DNA of 56,189 bases from an uncultured virus (IMG/VR IMGVR_UViG_3300027779_000014) (IMGVR_UViG_3300027779_000014); one strand, 5' to 3'. Positions 36,631 through 47,150 are shown, counted from the stretch's first letter. Notes: generated from the sequence alone by a model not told the origin. Numbers and translations: made by a program.

Positions 36631-39330
36631 TTGCCGCTGTTGTATCTTCGTGTCAAAACTGTGGACACTCAACGCTACGGCTATACGACAGATACTCTTG
36701 CTAGGGCTGTGAAAGTTGGATTCGCCATATTAGGAAACCCTCCATTTTATCCTACGGGATATGGAACTCAATGCAGGCTGTTAGGTGAAAAACTTGTAGC
36801 TGATGGCTTTGATGTTTGCCATATCTCTGATTGGGAATATTCGGGCCCGATAATGAATTGGAATGGGATTTCAATATATCCTGTAAGTGAATACCCTGGT
36901 ACTTTGACTAGTAGTGATGTCCAAGAAAAGATTGCACACTTCTGCGCTGAAAGAGACTTAGATGATATTATCTGTATATTCCTCGGCGATATTTGGAAAT
37001 GGAATGAGATGGGAACTTACTTACCTAATTCTTTAATCATTTGTCCAGTAGATGGTTCTGGACTGAATCCAAGAGAAGTGATGGCAATGGGATCTTTCAA
37101 ACATATTGCTGCTATGTCTGAACATGGAGTTGATGTAATTGAAGAACATACTGGAATGCGACCTCTTTACTTACCTCATGGATTTGATCCTGAAATTAAT
37201 AATTCAGTATTGAATGACTCTGTTCGAGCAATTAGGTCAAGATGGGTGGACTTGTATGGTAAGTCAGCACGACCACCATCCAAAGGAGATGATTTGTTCA
37301 TTGTCGGATTCTTCGGCGATATGTCAGTGAGGAAAGAACCTGAGATTAACTTGATGGGTTTTAGAAAGTTTGTCGAGAGTTTGGAGCCAGAAGAACAACA
37401 CCTCATCCGACTTTACTTGAAAAGTAAGCCAGATCACGCGCAAGGTCAAGATTTATCCGTCTACCAGAAAGTAGGCATACCTCAACAGTTAGTATTGACT
37501 GTACCCGAAACTACATCTAAACTAGGATTGAATAAACAACAGATGGGCAGATTGCTCAAAGGAGTTGATGTATTACTACATTGTAGTAGCCAGGAAGGAT
37601 TTGGAATTTTCCAGATTGAAGCACAATCCGTTGGTACGCCTGTAATTAATACTGATTTTGGTCCAATGAAGAAACTTAATGCTTGTCAAGATTTGATTTC
37701 ACCTTTGAAATCTCACAGAACTTTCCATTCCACTAATTATGGGCAGACAAGTCCAGAAGAGATTGCAAAAAGATTGCATATCCTATTTAATGAATGGAAA
37801 GATGAATTGTTATGGAAGAGTCGCTGCCAGGTCGTTAGAGATTGGGCTTTGGATTGGACTTATGATGAAGTTTATTCAAAATTCATATCTCCTCAGTTAG
37901 AATCAATCGTACAGGGACTCAAAGCACCCAGAATTGTAATTAGAAAACCTACTGAATCAATTGCCCATATTTGTTTTGTCTCCACATATGGAACAGAATG
38001 TGGGATTGCAACATATACCAAAATGCTTTCCCATGCATTAATTGATGCTGGTTTCAAAGTAAGCATATTAGCAGAGATTACTGCAGAACATCCAGCCTCG
38101 GATGAAATAGAAGAAGACGAACATGGAGTTGAGGTGTACCGTTGTTGGTCTAGAACTGTTCCTCGATGGGTGATGGCCGAGGAAATATTAGAAAAACTTT
38201 CACCAGATATTATTCATGCACAACATGAATGGACTATGATAGGAGATTCTGCACCTGCGTTAAGGTATTTGATAGCCGCATGCAAGGGTGGAAGAGTAAT
38301 CACTTGGCATACTCCAGATTTCCCTGCGAATCCAAGGGCAATGTCTGAATTCATGCTTTATGATTCGATTTGTGATTTGCATGTCCTCCATAACCGTTCC
38401 AAAGTGCCGATTATAGCTAGTCAATGCGTAAATGGAGTAACACATATTGATCATGGCATTCTACCCATGGGTAGGAACCCCGATGCAAGAAGTATTGTTG
38501 GCGTGGCAGAACGGGCACCTATGATATTCACCTATGGTTTCCTCACTGGAGGGAAAGGAGTGCATACTCTATTGAAGGCTGCTGTAGAAGCAGTAAAGCA
38601 AGCACCTTACTTTGAACTTGTTGCGTATGGTGGTGCTCATCCAAAATACCCAACTCATCCAGACTTGCTGAAAGAGTGCCATGATTTAGCATCCAAGTCC
38701 GAACAAATCCACTTTATTCCTGAATTGTTATCCGAGGAAGATATAGATTTACATTGTCAAGCAGCAGATTACTTGGCTTTCCCTTATGAGGGCGAGTTAA
38801 TGACAGGTAGTTCTATTTCCAGTTCATCTGGCGCAGTTTTCCGTGTCCTCGGATCGGGTAAGCCAGTAATTGCTAGTGATGAAGGCCGCTTGAGAGACAT
38901 AATAGGAGGCATACATGGGTGGAAAGTTGCTCAAGGAGATGTCCCCTCCTTAACTAAGGCTATAGTTAATGCAGTAAATACAAGAGTAGATGATGTAAAC
39001 AGATACAGGCAAATGCGCTACGAAGTAACTTTGTTAGCAGATAGTTTGTCTTGGCCTAAAATCGCCGTGAGGCATTCAAATGCATATGAGAAATTAGGAT
39101 CTTTGTGGGGTGTCTATTCCAAAGATGCTACGGGCTCATTTACTGGCATTACTGGAGAAGGTATTGATTTCATGTCGGATTCTAAAATTCAATCATCTAC
39201 TGGAATAGATGAATTATCAGATATTGCTGATGATTTGAAGGAATTACCGATACCCCCTACGCCAGATGAGTTCAAAAGAATGAATATGATTAATCACATA
39301 GATAGTTTAGGTGATGAAAAAGATGCTTGA
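36631..39330 (+). CDS. double GT-B (GT4-like) glycosyltransferase
   Basis: Two GT4-like halves: EGFGIFQIEAQSVGTPVI and GFLTGGKG...SGAVFRVLGSGKPVIASD; true start probably GTG near 36709. Confidence 0.85.
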   Translation: MPLLYLRVKTVDTQRYGYTTDTLARAVKVGFAILGNPPFYPTGYGTQCRLLGEKLVADGFDVCHISDWEYSGPIMNWNGISIYPVSEYPGTLTSSDVQEKIAHFCAERDLDDIICIFLGDIWKWNEMGTYLPNSLIICPVDGSGLNPREVMAMGSFKHIAAMSEHGVDVIEEHTGMRPLYLPHGFDPEINNSVLNDSVRAIRSRWVDLYGKSARPPSKGDDLFIVGFFGDMSVRKEPEINLMGFRKFVESLEPEEQHLIRLYLKSKPDHAQGQDLSVYQKVGIPQQLVLTVPETTSKLGLNKQQMGRLLKGVDVLLHCSSQEGFGIFQIEAQSVGTPVINTDFGPMKKLNACQDLISPLKSHRTFHSTNYGQTSPEEIAKRLHILFNEWKDELLWKSRCQVVRDWALDWTYDEVYSKFISPQLESIVQGLKAPRIVIRKPTESIAHICFVSTYGTECGIATYTKMLSHALIDAGFKVSILAEITAEHPASDEIEEDEHGVEVYRCWSRTVPRWVMAEEILEKLSPDIIHAQHEWTMIGDSAPALRYLIAACKGGRVITWHTPDFPANPRAMSEFMLYDSICDLHVLHNRSKVPIIASQCVNGVTHIDHGILPMGRNPDARSIVGVAERAPMIFTYGFLTGGKGVHTLLKAAVEAVKQAPYFELVAYGGAHPKYPTHPDLLKECHDLASKSEQIHFIPELLSEEDIDLHCQAADYLAFPYEGELMTGSSISSSSGAVFRVLGSGKPVIASDEGRLRDIIGGIHGWKVAQGDVPSLTKAIVNAVNTRVDDVNRYRQMRYEVTLLADSLSWPKIAVRHSNAYEKLGSLWGVYSKDATGSFTGITGEGIDFMSDSKIQSSTGIDELSDIADDLKELPIPPTPDEFKRMNMINHIDSLGDEKDA

Positions 39331-39658
39331 TGAGAAAGAGTTAGATGAAGATCTTGCGGCAGAGCAACAGATGATTAATGACTTGAAGAAGTTTTTGAAT
39401 AGAGACCGTACAGGTAATTCTTGGTTAGATATTAATGGAGATGGAGTAGTTGATCTTGATGATTTACGAGATAGTCTATTGAGGTTTGAATGGATTATGC
39501 TTAGTGGCCTACTTCTCGTCATACTGCCTTTGTTGAATTATTTTAACTTCACCGATATTGACGGAGATTTGTTTTGGTCCCTTGCAGGTTTTTGCCTATT
39601 GATAGAAGGGCTGATTTCTGTATATCAAATAAGAGTATTACGGAGGAAGTATAAATGA
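39311..39658 (+). CDS. membrane protein with EF-hand/dockerin-like loop
   Basis: DINGDGVVDLDDL plus two hydrophobic helices. Confidence 0.7.
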   Translation: MMKKMLDEKELDEDLAAEQQMINDLKKFLNRDRTGNSWLDINGDGVVDLDDLRDSLLRFEWIMLSGLLLVILPLLNYFNFTDIDGDLFWSLAGFCLLIEGLISVYQIRVLRRKYK

Positions 39659-40452
39659 AAGTAAGTATTGTATGTATTACTGCTAGAAATAAACCAGGAT
39701 TAGGGAGATTGTTGGATTCATTAAAGGAACAAACAGTAGAAGATAATAATTTTGATTTTGAATTGGTTTATGGAGATCGTCTGTGGGAAGATAGAGAAGA
39801 GGCAGTTATTTCTTTACTGAAAGAATCTGGTATCCCTTACAAGTATGTCAGAGATACACCCACTCAACCAGGGCCTTGTCCTGCTGGAGCTAGAAATGCG
39901 TGTATAGAAGTTGCTAGTGGTGAATATATCATCAGTATCGATGATTTGACATTCCTAGATAAAGGTACTATCGAGGGACATTATGAATTATTCCGCAGGG
40001 GCTTTGATGCTGTAGCAGGTTCATACCTAACAGAAGATCTTGATGTGGCTGAATTTGGAGATGGATTTATCTGCGAAGATACTAGATTAACTAATGAAGG
40101 AGGCATTGTCACTCCCACAGATCATTCGGTCTGGATGGCATGGTGGGGCATGCACACAGGATTTTCTAAGGCAGCTTGGGAGAATATCAATGGATATGAT
40201 GAAACTTTTGATGGAGTGTACGGAATGGAAGATATTGATTTTGGTCATCGCCTGAAAATGTCAGGTTGTGCTATGGCATGGGAACCTAGTCTATTGGTGA
40301 AATGCGATAGAGGTACGAACCATAATGATACACACGCACAACTTGTCCCGAATAATGCACCAACAAGTTGGACTAGGGGTAGCCTCAAGTGGCGGAATGA
40401 CAAGTTAATAGACTTCTGTCGGGCCATGAACATTGTAAGAGGGAAAAGGTGA
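39655..40452 (+). CDS. GT2 family glycosyltransferase
   Basis: VSIVCIT, ARNACI...SIDD, GYDETF...YGMEDIDF. Confidence 0.9.
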   Translation: MKVSIVCITARNKPGLGRLLDSLKEQTVEDNNFDFELVYGDRLWEDREEAVISLLKESGIPYKYVRDTPTQPGPCPAGARNACIEVASGEYIISIDDLTFLDKGTIEGHYELFRRGFDAVAGSYLTEDLDVAEFGDGFICEDTRLTNEGGIVTPTDHSVWMAWWGMHTGFSKAAWENINGYDETFDGVYGMEDIDFGHRLKMSGCAMAWEPSLLVKCDRGTNHNDTHAQLVPNNAPTSWTRGSLKWRNDKLIDFCRAMNIVRGKR

Positions 40453-40456
40453 GAAT

Positions 40457-40621
40457 ATGAAATTTAGAACAAAAGCAGGGATGACGGAATTCAACAGAGA
40501 ACACATTGCGGCGTGGACCGAACATGGAGAAGGAACTGATGTCCATTTGCTGTGTGGAAGTATATTCACAGTAGATAGAATGGAAAGAGAACTTTTTAGC
40601 GAATGGGTTGGGAAAGCATGA
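40457..40621 (+). CDS. small hypothetical protein (54 aa)
   Basis: GGTGA SD; ATGA overlap with next gene. Confidence 0.55.
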   Translation: MKFRTKAGMTEFNREHIAAWTEHGEGTDVHLLCGSIFTVDRMERELFSEWVGKA

Positions 40622-40848
40622 GCGATAAGAAAGATACGGAGAAGGAGAAAAAGGCTGCTAAACAGCGTAAATATAGTATGGATAATAGAGATAAAGAAAC
40701 TATTCGTTTGCAAAAATGGCGCAAGGATAACCCTGAAAAGAGGGCAGCGCAAAGTAAACGATATCGAGAGGCGAATCGAGAGATTTTAGCGGCCAAAGAA
40801 AGAGAAAGAAAGAAGAGGAAAAAAGAAGAAGGTGAAGGTAATGAGTGA
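40618..40848 (+). CDS. basic coiled-coil protein
   Basis: WRKDNPEK...RYREANRE repeats. Confidence 0.6.
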   Translation: MSDKKDTEKEKKAAKQRKYSMDNRDKETIRLQKWRKDNPEKRAAQSKRYREANREILAAKERERKKRKKEEGEGNE

Positions 40849-41461
40849 TACTAGACTTAATGTTGATTCTTGGGATGCTCACTGCCCTATTTGTAAAGAG
40901 ATAATCGAAAATGAATCATGGCCTAGACATTTGAAAGAGGCTAGACCCGATTCAGAAGTCCCACCGCCACCTTGTCCATTTTGTGAATCAGATGAACTTG
41001 AGTATAATTGGTTAACTGTCCCAAACAAGGCTATGAGAGGTATGACACACAATATGATGTTGTCTTGCCCTTCTTGTGGTAGCGGGCATTTCTATGAAGG
41101 AGTTGATGTAATTACTAACAGATCTAAAGTTACACTTAGAATGCCTCCAGAATATGATTTCAAGGCTGCCCAGAAAGAGATTGATAGTGCATCCGATGAT
41201 GAAAGCAAGCAAAGAGCTAAAGAACATGCTCAAGAGTGCCTACGATTGTCTGCTTTCTTTAGAATACAGAACTTCCCTTGTTTAGATGATGGATGGGATG
41301 CTATGGGATATGGCGTGAGGCCATTGGAAAGAACGGAGATCATGAAGAAATTTTACATCTGGACTAATAAAGAAGCAGTAGGAGAAGCGACCTTGGCTGA
41401 TAACCCCTTAAATAAAGCGAAAAAGAGTAAGAATAAGAAGGGTAAGAATACCTGGTGGTAA
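40841..41461 (+). CDS. zinc-ribbon hypothetical protein
   Basis: Three CxxC motifs; GGTGAAGG SD. Confidence 0.7.
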   Translation: MSDTRLNVDSWDAHCPICKEIIENESWPRHLKEARPDSEVPPPPCPFCESDELEYNWLTVPNKAMRGMTHNMMLSCPSCGSGHFYEGVDVITNRSKVTLRMPPEYDFKAAQKEIDSASDDESKQRAKEHAQECLRLSAFFRIQNFPCLDDGWDAMGYGVRPLERTEIMKKFYIWTNKEAVGEATLADNPLNKAKKSKNKKGKNTWW

Positions 41462-41685
41462 ATCTCAACGCTTATACGACAAAGCCGGTTGCTTTGGTTT
41501 ATGCGTGAACCATACATAAAATTAGCACTGAACTTTACAGATGCAGACGGAAACCCTGGTGTAATCCAGACGGAGTGCGCTCCGAATATCGTTGATCAAG
41601 CATGGGCAGAACTTGTCGATGCTGCTGCAGCTCTAAAGAATAAGGAATAAGTAAAGCCTAAACGGCCACCCCCTCTGCGACCACT

Positions 41686-41979
41686 ATGAGTGGACGACTT
41701 AGTGGGCATTGTATGATGCCTACCTTCTTTCTTTTAGAAGAAGAAGAAGTTAACAACCACCCTATATTGGCTGAACTTGAACCAAGACAGTTACCTAAAA
41801 TATCTATTGATGATCCTGCTGTACTGAGCATAAGACAAGAATTTAATATGTCAGCAGAGGACATTACTGGAAGAGTTATCAAATTCCTTCGACGCTCGTT
41901 GAATGCTGGAACATCTAATTATTACAGGATAGTAGTAGATACGCCAATTGGAGCGAAGACATGGAGTGCGCTAATATGA
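41686..41979 (+). CDS. hypothetical protein
   Basis: ORF in co-oriented cluster. Confidence 0.55.
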   Translation: MSGRLSGHCMMPTFFLLEEEEVNNHPILAELEPRQLPKISIDDPAVLSIRQEFNMSAEDITGRVIKFLRRSLNAGTSNYYRIVVDTPIGAKTWSALI

Positions 41980-42407
41980 TACCCGTTTCAACAGTAAATG
42001 CTTCGAACTACCACCTATTAGGGAATCAACTCAAAGGAGAGAGTCATGCAAAGCGTATGAAGCGAGTTCATGCTGCTGCAAATCTGAATGCCATGCCATC
42101 GACATTACAACCATTGGGCGCTATGGCAGATTCTATCAATCAAATTAGCGGACCGCTTTTCTTGGCGGTAGTTGCAGGTGCAGTTGTTGGGAAAATTCGG
42201 CCAGGTGGAAATGGAAGGAAAAGTTTGTTGTTTTCTGCTGCCGCTGGCGGTATTGCTGGCGCTGTTTTGACGGCAATCCATCCAGAATTCAATTCCAGCC
42301 AGGGTGACAATTTAGGTCAATTAGTGGTATTGGGTGTTTTGGGTAGTGTCGCTGCTTCAGTGTCGCATGGGTTATCGCGAGGCTCAAAAAATTGGCTCAA
42401 AATATAA
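41976..42407 (+). CDS. membrane protein with glycine-zipper helices
   Basis: Three G/A-rich hydrophobic segments. Confidence 0.65.
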   Translation: MIPVSTVNASNYHLLGNQLKGESHAKRMKRVHAAANLNAMPSTLQPLGAMADSINQISGPLFLAVVAGAVVGKIRPGGNGRKSLLFSAAAGGIAGAVLTAIHPEFNSSQGDNLGQLVVLGVLGSVAASVSHGLSRGSKNWLKI

Positions 42408-42660
42408 TAAGCACCTTCAAACGGCAATGACCCTTCCAAAGATTATACTCCAAGTGAGTTGGGTTTTGAATAAATAATAAATTGCAGCATTTCGGCCATA
42501 GTAACATTCTAGGCCTGTGGTGGGTCGAGCAATTTCCCCAACTACTCACACCCTCAATATGTTCCTAGGAACAGATCCATCTGGGAATTATGTTCCTAGG
42601 AACAGATAGAAGACGACTTAAAATAGAATAAGCACCTTCAAACGGCAATGACTCTTCCAA
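42399..42660. repeat. 41-bp direct repeats enclosing two TGTTCCTAGGAACA palindromes
   Basis: 42399-42439 vs 42620-42660; palindromes 42560-42573 and 42591-42604. Confidence 0.9.
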
Positions 42661-43151
42661 GGGACGATAATATGGCAAAACAATCGTTGAATGAAGGAGA
42701 TCAACTAACGCTGAGAATATTCACCCTATTATTGGTGAACTCTTTTTTAATTGGGTCTGCTGTAGCAATCCACGCACAAGGGATATGGTTTCCCACGGAA
42801 GGAGCATGGCCCAAACTAGGTGGATTATGGATGATGGCTGCTACTTTTGTCCAGATGATTGCATTCATGCTTTACAAAGTATTTTTCCAGGAGAGATTAG
42901 AAGATCAATCATATATTCAGAACCTCATGACGCAAACAAGGCGTAATACAAAGAGGATGAACGCTGAATTGCAACGATTCTCCTTATCATTAGAAATGGA
43001 ACAAAAAGAAAGAGAGATGAAAAGAATCATGGAAGCTAAGAAGCATCAGATACTTTCAGAAAGTCCTCAGATGCCAATTCAACAAACATTCCAAGAAGAA
43101 CATATTCCAGTTGTCAGCCTTTCACCTGAAATTAGAAATGATTTGAGGTGA
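42648..43151 (+). CDS. two-TM membrane protein with coiled coil
   Basis: Hydrophobic segments then charged helix. Confidence 0.75.
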   Translation: MTLPRDDNMAKQSLNEGDQLTLRIFTLLLVNSFLIGSAVAIHAQGIWFPTEGAWPKLGGLWMMAATFVQMIAFMLYKVFFQERLEDQSYIQNLMTQTRRNTKRMNAELQRFSLSLEMEQKEREMKRIMEAKKHQILSESPQMPIQQTFQEEHIPVVSLSPEIRNDLR

Positions 43152-43155
43152 ATTC

Positions 43156-43374
43156 GTGGGTGTCTTGGACAGCAGATTATTTCCTGACGATGGCGATCTG
43201 CGAATGTCTCATATGGCTGACGCTTATTCATTTCGTTCATTATGGGATTTAAGAATCTATACTTTGAAACTTTGGTTGTATGTTAGTGGCACTGCAATAG
43301 GTGGAGTCATGGGGACTTCGGCCATTGAATGGTTTTTTGATAAATCGTTAGTCGGATGGCTACTAGGCCTGTAA
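43156..43374 (+). CDS. small membrane protein
   Basis: GAGGTGA SD; C-terminal TM. Confidence 0.7.
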   Translation: MGVLDSRLFPDDGDLRMSHMADAYSFRSLWDLRIYTLKLWLYVSGTAIGGVMGTSAIEWFFDKSLVGWLLGL

Positions 43375-43406
43375 GTTCATACGGCAATAACCTTTAGCAA
43401 TAGTCA

Positions 43407-44207
43407 ATGACAATGACTGCATTTCTACCCTTTGACCGTAAACCACAGAAGACCATAGCTTCAATGCTATGTAAATATAGCAATATGGTGGCTAAACCCA
43501 CCACTGGAGCAGAGTGGATGTTCCAGGGTCCCGTCAAAGGAGGCCGAGGTGCTATGATTGTACAGATTGTCGATTTTAGAGACTACATGGTTACTTCTGA
43601 GAGAGAATGGGCAGATGATGTAGGGTGGACTTCTAATTGGGCTATCGCTATCAGCGTATCTCATAAAAGGCGTAGTGACGAAGAATACGCATTCTGGCAC
43701 GCATTTACTTGCGTAATGATGAATGCCTACGAAGGTAATGGCCTGGCATCTAACGAAGTCTGGCTTTCTTCTGATGAAGATGGTTTCCCAACCACTCCAT
43801 TTACAATTGGAGAATTGCTTCCAGATTTAATTTCAAGTGATGCAGAAGATGTGGCGATGAGAGAGGATGAACCGATCATTGAAAGTGAACCTGAATTATT
43901 ACCGCCGCCTCCAAGAATGAGGGCTCAACCTGAACCTGAACCTGAACCTGAACCTGAACCTGAACCTGAACCTGAACCTGAACCTGAAGAAGTTCCAAGG
44001 TTGCGCCTTGTTTCTTTTGATGAAGAGGATGAAGCAGAAGAAGAGGATGAAGCAGAAGAAGAGGATGAAGCAGAAGAAGAGGATGAAGCAGAAGAAGAGG
44101 ATGAAGATTCTTGGTGGGAAGAAGAGGACGATGAAGCAGAAGAAGAGGACGATGAAGCAGAAGAGGACGACGAAGAAGAAGTTTCAGATGCTATCACCGA
44201 CTGGTAG
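43407..44207 (+). CDS. protein with (EP)n linker and very acidic tail
   Basis: 6-bp repeat 43927-43989, 18-bp EEEDEA repeats ~44020-44180. Confidence 0.75.
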   Translation: MTMTAFLPFDRKPQKTIASMLCKYSNMVAKPTTGAEWMFQGPVKGGRGAMIVQIVDFRDYMVTSEREWADDVGWTSNWAIAISVSHKRRSDEEYAFWHAFTCVMMNAYEGNGLASNEVWLSSDEDGFPTTPFTIGELLPDLISSDAEDVAMREDEPIIESEPELLPPPPRMRAQPEPEPEPEPEPEPEPEPEPEEVPRLRLVSFDEEDEAEEEDEAEEEDEAEEEDEAEEEDEDSWWEEEDDEAEEEDDEAEEDDEEEVSDAITDW

Positions 44208-44212
44208 TTAGA

Positions 44213-44962
44213 ATGGTCGGTGAAGTACAGGTTGCTTATGGGGGCATTATTTGGCTTCGACATTTGTGGGCATCCTGGCGCAAACATCGCGTAGGGATAT
44301 ACGGTTATTGGGGTACAGGTAAAACTACTTTGAATAGACAAATCTCCACTACAGGAGAGTTAGAAGTAATAGAAAATGATGACCATGAAACTAGCACCTA
44401 TCACGCATATAATCAAAAACAAAAAAAGTATGTCTTACCTCAACCATCCACTAAACGAGTAAGATTAACTGCTAATGAATTAGTTAGTGCCTCTAGAACT
44501 CTCTCTACTACTGATATAGGAGGCCATGAAGAATACTTTGAGTTATGGCTAGAAGATATGGTTACTAGAAATGTTCAGATTGTAATTTTTTTAATTGACC
44601 ACAGACACATTATCGATCCAACTAATCAAAAGCAACAAGAGACATTCAAGAAGTTTGTTGATGTATTGATTAGTGGTAAATACCCATTCAGATCTAGAAA
44701 GTTGAGGAAAATGGCTAAGAATTACAAACCTAAAATAGTAGGTATTGTTGCTAATAAGGCAGATTTATGGGTTGAGGGTGACTGGTTGGCACACTATCAA
44801 ACTCCGCGTATAGGAGACCACCCTATATTTGGACCATTCAGAGGAGATTTAGTTCGTTTACAAAGATATTTGATGATTCCTACACTCAAAAGAGCGTGTT
44901 CTGCGCTGAGGAATTGGAATGTTGAAAGAGTTATTTGGGATCTTTTACAGTCCAAATCCTAA
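44213..44962 (+). CDS. small Ras/Arf-like GTPase
   Basis: G1 GYWGTGKTT, G3 DIGG, G4 NKAD, G5-like CSA. Confidence 0.8.
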   Translation: MVGEVQVAYGGIIWLRHLWASWRKHRVGIYGYWGTGKTTLNRQISTTGELEVIENDDHETSTYHAYNQKQKKYVLPQPSTKRVRLTANELVSASRTLSTTDIGGHEEYFELWLEDMVTRNVQIVIFLIDHRHIIDPTNQKQQETFKKFVDVLISGKYPFRSRKLRKMAKNYKPKIVGIVANKADLWVEGDWLAHYQTPRIGDHPIFGPFRGDLVRLQRYLMIPTLKRACSALRNWNVERVIWDLLQSKS

Positions 44963-45001
44963 TCCGCCACGCTTAACCGACAAAGACGCTTCCGTGTACT
45001 G

Positions 45002-45718
45002 ATGGCGACTACTTCTGTGTACTACCCTCAAGTTAATTTTGAGTTTGATAATGATCCTGATCCTGTCTTGAGAAGAGAAAAAAATATTAAGAATGCAAGA
45101 AGGGTTTTGATGCCTGCCAGGAGATGGGGGTTGATGGGCACAGGGCCAAAATATAACGAGTACGGACAATGTTGCGTCACAGGGGTTCAACTTACAGGAT
45201 TAGGAGCTGATGCTTTTTCTAAACCGCTACTAGATTCAGATACACTCACCCCATTAGATGATGGCAGGACTTTGTTTACTGAGTTCTTTGCAGATGGGCG
45301 AACTGGAAGGCCTAAAGCATTTATAGCATTAATGGGAGTAGATTCAGGAAGTCCTTTGCGTTCATCATATTGCCCAGAACTTCTGCAACTTTATTGGCTA
45401 TTTAGTCAATGGAAGTCTCAGAAAGAAGAAGAAAGTCTTAATGAAAGGAGTTCGTTCCTTTGGAAGAAGAAGAGGATCAAGATGGTTCCTAAACAAATTG
45501 ACAATACAGTAAAGAAAACTCCTGGAATAGTAAAAGAGTTTGAACCGTTTTTTCAACTTGCTTTGAAATATGAAGGAAAGGGAATTGGAATTAATCAATT
45601 CATTAATACTACTACGGGAGAAGTCGATTTAACAACTATTACTTTAGATTTGAGAGAATTTAGAAGGCAAGAATCATCAACAGGATTAACCGACACAGCG
45701 CCTTCGGAGGTTCGATAA
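45002..45718 (+). CDS. hypothetical protein
   Basis: 238-aa ORF. Confidence 0.75.
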   Translation: MATTSVYYPQVNFEFDNDPDPVLRREKNIKNARRVLMPARRWGLMGTGPKYNEYGQCCVTGVQLTGLGADAFSKPLLDSDTLTPLDDGRTLFTEFFADGRTGRPKAFIALMGVDSGSPLRSSYCPELLQLYWLFSQWKSQKEEESLNERSSFLWKKKRIKMVPKQIDNTVKKTPGIVKEFEPFFQLALKYEGKGIGINQFINTTTGEVDLTTITLDLREFRRQESSTGLTDTAPSEVR

Positions 45719-45719
45719 C

Positions 45720-46472
45720 ATGACTTCCGGATACAACAATTACCTTACTAGTGCTTCACCTGTGGCCGCAGCATCACCCTGGGGCGCGGCTGCTCCAGCG
45801 CAAGCGCCTATGCAGGTTCCTATGCAAATGAGTGGCGCAATGCCACAAATGGGTGGTGCAAACCCCTATTTGACCCCTGATATGTTATATCAGCAATTAG
45901 GGTATTATACCCAGCCTACGGAAGTCGATATTGATGCAGATCTCCTGCAGAATTATAATCCAATGGCCGCATTCCTATCAGAGCAACAAGGATTATTGAT
46001 TATGGCTCAGTTAATTTCCACAGTAGTTGATCATCGCCTTAAGTCATTTTTTGAGAGTTATCACATTAATTTAATGGAAGCAGAAGATGGTTCAGGAATG
46101 TTCCTTAAACCTAAGTTGGAGCAACTTACAGATGAAGGTACTAGATTAAAGGGACTCACCCATACTACAGTACAAGCAGAGATTAACGGACTTGCTGAAC
46201 ACCTTAAGACTTCTTTCGTGGAACCAGGTAAAGCAGTCATCAGCGCACATAAGCAAGCTGCAGCATTGACGGCACAATCTACAGGCATCGCAGGTTTGTT
46301 AGAATCTGCTGCTGGAGGAGATCCATCACAAGGAGGCCCTGGAGCATTATCGAACATAATGAATTGGGGACTTCATGTAGGCACAGGAGGATTAGTTCCG
46401 AGAATTCCTGTAATGCCACCAGGATATGCACCCATGGGTGTGCCACCCATGACTCCACCACCAAGCGTATAA
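45720..46472 (+). CDS. Pro/Met/Ala-rich hypothetical protein
   Basis: 250-aa ORF, GGAGG SD. Confidence 0.75.
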   Translation: MTSGYNNYLTSASPVAAASPWGAAAPAQAPMQVPMQMSGAMPQMGGANPYLTPDMLYQQLGYYTQPTEVDIDADLLQNYNPMAAFLSEQQGLLIMAQLISTVVDHRLKSFFESYHINLMEAEDGSGMFLKPKLEQLTDEGTRLKGLTHTTVQAEINGLAEHLKTSFVEPGKAVISAHKQAAALTAQSTGIAGLLESAAGGDPSQGGPGALSNIMNWGLHVGTGGLVPRIPVMPPGYAPMGVPPMTPPPSV

Positions 46473-46482
46473 GGTGAGTTAA

Positions 46483-46764
46483 ATGACAAATAAAGATGAA
46501 ATTGAAGATATGATGAAGTCATTATTGACTTCTAATGACCCGCAGACGAATATATCAGTACAATCGATGATGGAAGATTGGTTTAACCCTAAGCCAGAAG
46601 TTATGAGACATGTTATTGTAATTCAGTTGATTGCTTGTATGATGGTCGCTACATTCCTCTTAGCTACTGCTTCTTCAACTTTAGAGGCAGATGATATGAT
46701 GTTTGCAATATTTGGATTCTTTATGTTTGTAGGATTGGCAGTAGGCGTCTACGGGCGACTGTAG
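46483..46764 (+). CDS. two-TM membrane protein
   Basis: GGTGA SD; two hydrophobic helices. Confidence 0.7.
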   Translation: MTNKDEIEDMMKSLLTSNDPQTNISVQSMMEDWFNPKPEVMRHVIVIQLIACMMVATFLLATASSTLEADDMMFAIFGFFMFVGLAVGVYGRL

Positions 46765-46817
46765 ACCGTAACGCCGTAACGGGTCGAGTTTATTCCCAAT
46801 AGCCCCTTCGGCTTACT

Positions 46818-47150
46818 ATGATCTCTCCAGTTCGGGACAAAACTAGGAGCGTAATTAATCGAGCAAAACGATCTGGATTAGGCAGTTCTAGACCATTAGG
46901 CGTAGTTGTGAACCGAAGAGTGAGAGATATTGCCTCTGATACATTAGTGAATAAGAGGGCCTATGGCCTTAAGTGGGGAGAAAATAAGCCGCTTGATTTG
47001 ACTATGTTAGTTTTGGGAACTTATGCCCTTGCTCAACTGGGAGCGAGAAGCAGAGTTAACCAGAAAGAAGAACTTTATTCCGATATTGCTTCCGTTGCAA
47101 TAGTAGCAGGGACTATCATGTATCTTATCCCAGCGACTTTGACAATATAG
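46818..47150 (+). CDS. membrane protein
   Basis: Two C-terminal hydrophobic segments. Confidence 0.65.
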   Translation: MISPVRDKTRSVINRAKRSGLGSSRPLGVVVNRRVRDIASDTLVNKRAYGLKWGENKPLDLTMLVLGTYALAQLGARSRVNQKEELYSDIASVAIVAGTIMYLIPATLTI

